Shown here: in pieces, positions 61,336 to 64,000 of the stretch
How positions within the stretch are numbered: the stretch's first letter is position 1
How the letters are laid out: every line of letters starts with the position of its first letter
Origin: Candidatus Bathyarchaeia archaeon
Lineage (GTDB): Archaea; Thermoproteota; Bathyarchaeia; Bathyarchaeales; Bathycorpusculaceae
Length of the DNA: 64,000 nt
NCBI GenBank assembly: GCA_049515895.1
Contig: JBEKTQ010000003.1
Coordinates: 98,594-162,593, forward strand
Direction: 5' to 3'
Position numbers and translations under genes: made by a program
Notes under the pieces: model-generated
The model's database searches: none
Seen by the model: the letters and a program-made list of their open reading frames with translations, nothing else
What the model was told of the DNA's origin: nothing

Positions 61336-61489
61336 TATAAGAGTGTTAACGTAAGAGGTTTGGGTTTGGGGATTAAAATTTAATACACACAATACCAATG
61401 TTATTTTGTTGCTTAGCTATCTCATGGGCTTTGGTTTCTTAATAACCAATTTGTCCAAAAAAATCGGTTGCAAAACGGCTTCCATTTGC

Positions 61490-61684
61490 TCAAACTTCGG
61501 TCTTTTTATTTGTGGCGGCACTCCCCAAGCTGGGAATCGTCGGATTTGATCCAGTTGACGTGGTAGGGATGGCCGCGAAAATGGAGAAGAGGAAAAGTAT
61601 TAAGGCTATTGCAGTTATGACTGGCATGATGACTTCTATCAAGCTTGCTGTCAGACCTAATTTTCTGCCTGACTCAAGCGACAT
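61490..61684 (-). pseudogene. Truncated DUF996-like membrane protein fragment
   Basis: MSLESGRKLGLTASLI.. N-terminus with one TM, ending after 64 aa; has its own RBS and TATA. Confidence 0.5.
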
Positions 61685-61889
61685 ACTGATTCCTCAGATG
61701 CTATTTTGCTTAGGTTGAGGGATAAACTTTTCGTAAACATTGAGTTTCCCAGCAAATTAGGAATTTCCTGAAATACCTGGACTAATCAAAGATTTTGATC
61801 AAAAATTGTGAAGCGCTGCTATTGATAAGCGGTAGATAACGACCCTTATCAAAAACCTTAAAGTGATACTTAAGGAACAAAGAAGAATC

Positions 61890-62759
61890 ATGGAAGAAGT
61901 TGATTGGTTATCTCTGCACAAAATTCTCAGTGATACGACAAGAAGAAGCATCCTTGAATTGCTAGCTGAGAAGGAAGAGCTAAGTTACACGGAAATAATG
62001 GCTCTTCTTCGGATAACGAACACTGGCAGGCTTAACTATCATCTGAAGGCTGTAAGCGTTTTAGTATCAAAAGATGAGGAAGGAAAGTATCATCTCACGG
62101 AAAAAGGCAAGCTTGCCGCCAACATGCTTAAGACTTTCCCTGAAAGAGTACCCATTGAAAGGAAAAAACTGTCAACGGCAAAGATAGTAGCTGCAGTTTT
62201 ATTGATACTTATTGGAATTGGATTAATCTTCTCCACAATCGCTCTTGCCCTTTTCTTCGTAACCGCTCCCGCCTCAGCCATTGGCACAGTGCACACGGAA
62301 ATCCCTAATAGGGCAGTTCCTCAAAATACCACGATCTTTCTAACATCGTTACCTGTTCAGAATGGTTCAGATTTAAACATTGATTGGATCGCTTCGGACC
62401 CGCTGTACATTTACGTTATGAATTCAACTCAATATGATTCTTTGCTGATACAACATGGTGCAGCTGGCCAGATTCCAACAAACATTGAGAATTTCACGGG
62501 AATGCCTACAGAATACTTGAACCGATATGATTCAAGTACTGGAACCATTTCGCTTTCGCTTCCTCAAAGTCAGTATTACTTTTTCGCGTGGTCCAGCAAT
62601 GACACTATTTTGGATACTTTTATGTTGACACAGCGACAACTGCAGCCCAATAGTGGCTCATCATCTTTCGAGTCGCTGATTGTTTTTTTACCTGGTGGGT
62701 TTGGTATTATCCTAATTGTGCTTGCTATCTTAATTCTTACTCGGCGTGTCTGGCGATAA
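61890..62759 (+). CDS. ArsR-like wHTH fused to TM / extracellular domain / TM
   Basis: LSDTTRRSIL.LL...LSYTEI..TGRLNYHL...Y.LTEKG followed by two TMs. Confidence 0.8.
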   Translation: MEEVDWLSLHKILSDTTRRSILELLAEKEELSYTEIMALLRITNTGRLNYHLKAVSVLVSKDEEGKYHLTEKGKLAANMLKTFPERVPIERKKLSTAKIVAAVLLILIGIGLIFSTIALALFFVTAPASAIGTVHTEIPNRAVPQNTTIFLTSLPVQNGSDLNIDWIASDPLYIYVMNSTQYDSLLIQHGAAGQIPTNIENFTGMPTEYLNRYDSSTGTISLSLPQSQYYFFAWSSNDTILDTFMLTQRQLQPNSGSSSFESLIVFLPGGFGIILIVLAILILTRRVWR

Positions 62760-62975
62760 TCTCGCTAGAGTTGATCGATTGCTCGGCTTCTTGAATTTTC
62801 TTTCGAATTAGCCATTGATTTTTCGACTAACATAAAATTTTCCGTGAGCTATGTGGGACTGCAGAGCCTTCTATCAAATCGCTTCTTAACAATACCACAA
62901 ATAACAGATGGTTAAAAGCGGTCGCTTGCTTCTGCGCGCGCTAATAACGCTTTCTCTCTCGCGCGCGCTAAGTAT

Positions 62976-63452
62976 GTGATAGCCGTAATGCAAGTGAAAA
63001 GCCAACTAACTTCGACTACGCTCAAGAAAGCTATTGAAAACTTAAAATCTGTGAAAAGCGTTAGTCCCTCAATAATCGGTTGGGTAGTCGGTTTTGAAAC
63101 CAACGTTCTTTTGAAAACATTATATCTTAATTCTTGGAAAAGTCATGTAATTCAATTCTTGCAAGTTTTTAGGTCAAAATGTAAAGAAGACCCTGAACTA
63201 ATGAAGGCTCAAATGGAGTTTTTTGTGAAAAATCTACGAAATTACATAGAGTTTTTTTCTTATCCGTTGTCACCAGCCAAACATTTCACATTATATGATT
63301 ATTCCAGTAAATTCCCAAGTCTACAGTTTCAGGAGAATGATTATGAAACCAACGTAAAAAAGACGTTGGCACAAATCTACAAGAAAGGCTTTTGGAATTT
63401 TCTAAAGGAAATGGAAACAAAGTTTCAAGAGGAGCAAGAAAAGAAAAAATAG
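62976..63452 (+). CDS. Hypothetical protein
   Basis: 158-aa AT-rich ORF; start uncertain. Confidence 0.45.
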   Translation: MIAVMQVKSQLTSTTLKKAIENLKSVKSVSPSIIGWVVGFETNVLLKTLYLNSWKSHVIQFLQVFRSKCKEDPELMKAQMEFFVKNLRNYIEFFSYPLSPAKHFTLYDYSSKFPSLQFQENDYETNVKKTLAQIYKKGFWNFLKEMETKFQEEQEKKK

Positions 63453-63549
63453 AATATACTAAATGGATTGCGCTAAGGAGCAAATGACTCCAATCAAATA
63501 GAAGACAATTCCATTTTCTTTTTAAGCAAGTTTTTCGATGGTAAAGAGT

Positions 63550-63576
63550 CTTAAATCTGCACAGCATAGAAATAAC
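63550..63576 (+). repeat. Promoter-like repeat, copy 3 (opposite strand)
   Basis: CTTAAATCTGCACAGCATAGAAATAAC matches copy 1 at 25/27 positions. Confidence 0.8.
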
Positions 63577-63588
63577 ATTGTGGTTTTG

Positions 63589-64000
63589 ATGCAAAACGAG
63601 CGCGCCGCGCATTACGCCCGAACGAGCACTATGCCGAGCTTGAACAACTCAAGTATCTCGAAGACGCTCAATTGGCGTGACTCGGTTATTGCACTTGTGT
63701 TAATCATTCTTGGAATACTTGTTCTTAACAGCGCTTTATTTTTTCACGTTTTAACGCTGAATGCAAGTTCCTCTTGGGTATTCGACTGGACAGAGCATCT
63801 CTGGTTTCTTGCAATACCGCTTATTTGGTACTTTGCATTCAGGAAACGATTCCCCATTGGCAAGTTAAGCAAGATTAACATTCGGCAGTGGCTTCCAGCT
63901 TGGGTTATCCTACTCGCAGTTGTAATTCCACTTGAGGTTCTCACTTCCCAAAAAATGTCCCTTGCTGGAATCTCTCTTCTTGCAATTATCATGAACCTGT
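63589..64000 (+). CDS. Polytopic membrane protein, 3'-partial (absent from the ORF track)
   Basis: Frame open from ATG 63589 (or GTG 63580) to the window end; several TM helices (WRDSVIALVLIILGILV...). Confidence 0.65.
   Translation, partial: MQNERAAHYARTSTMPSLNNSSISKTLNWRDSVIALVLIILGILVLNSALFFHVLTLNASSSWVFDWTEHLWFLAIPLIWYFAFRKRFPIGKLSKINIRQWLPAWVILLAVVIPLEVLTSQKMSLAGISLLAIIMNL

Noticed and set aside
61207-61398. 63-aa minus-strand ORF
   Set aside because: It is a translation of the low-complexity tract, with no evidence of coding.
56400-64000. Integron cassette array or integrated provirus
   Set aside because: No integrase or tRNA att site, genes lie on both strands, and no convincing RYYYAAC...GTTRRRY attC pairs. 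The recurring element is not palindromic.

Overview
Archaeal chromosomal window, most likely Bathyarchaeia. This is inferred from archaeal-type TiaS, AlaRS, AsnRS, splicing endonuclease and aRF1-like genes, a large PQQ-like surface protein, several stand-alone Lrp/AsnC domains and a bacterial-type grpE-dnaK-dnaJ cluster. Positions 1-56.3 kb are mostly housekeeping genes: glycogen debranching, galT, nadA, nikR plus a Ni transporter, pyrG, tiaS, alaS, grpE/dnaK/dnaJ, asnS, hisS, mtnA, glmM/glmU, a presenilin-like protease and a beta-CASP nuclease. Positions 56.4-64 kb form an AT-rich variable island of small, partly truncated genes. Highlights: (1) an operon (31.5-35.8 kb) joining a NapH-like membrane Fe-S protein, a double-cubane-cluster (DCCP)-type reductase, BzdP/BzdQ-like ATP-dependent activases and a BzdM-like ferredoxin; (2) an aRF1 paralog lacking the GGQ, NIKS and YxCxxxF motifs; (3) a sigma70-region-4-like HTH gene followed by two membrane proteins sharing an N-terminal LENRIRGWLPKE peptide; (4) a ~31-bp promoter-like element in front of three unrelated island genes; (5) two candidate rod-shaped ncRNAs; (6) an unannotated 34-aa classical C2H2 zinc-finger microprotein. 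No rRNA, tRNA, CRISPR array, integrase or transposase was recognised. All family calls come from motif recognition by eye, not database searches.
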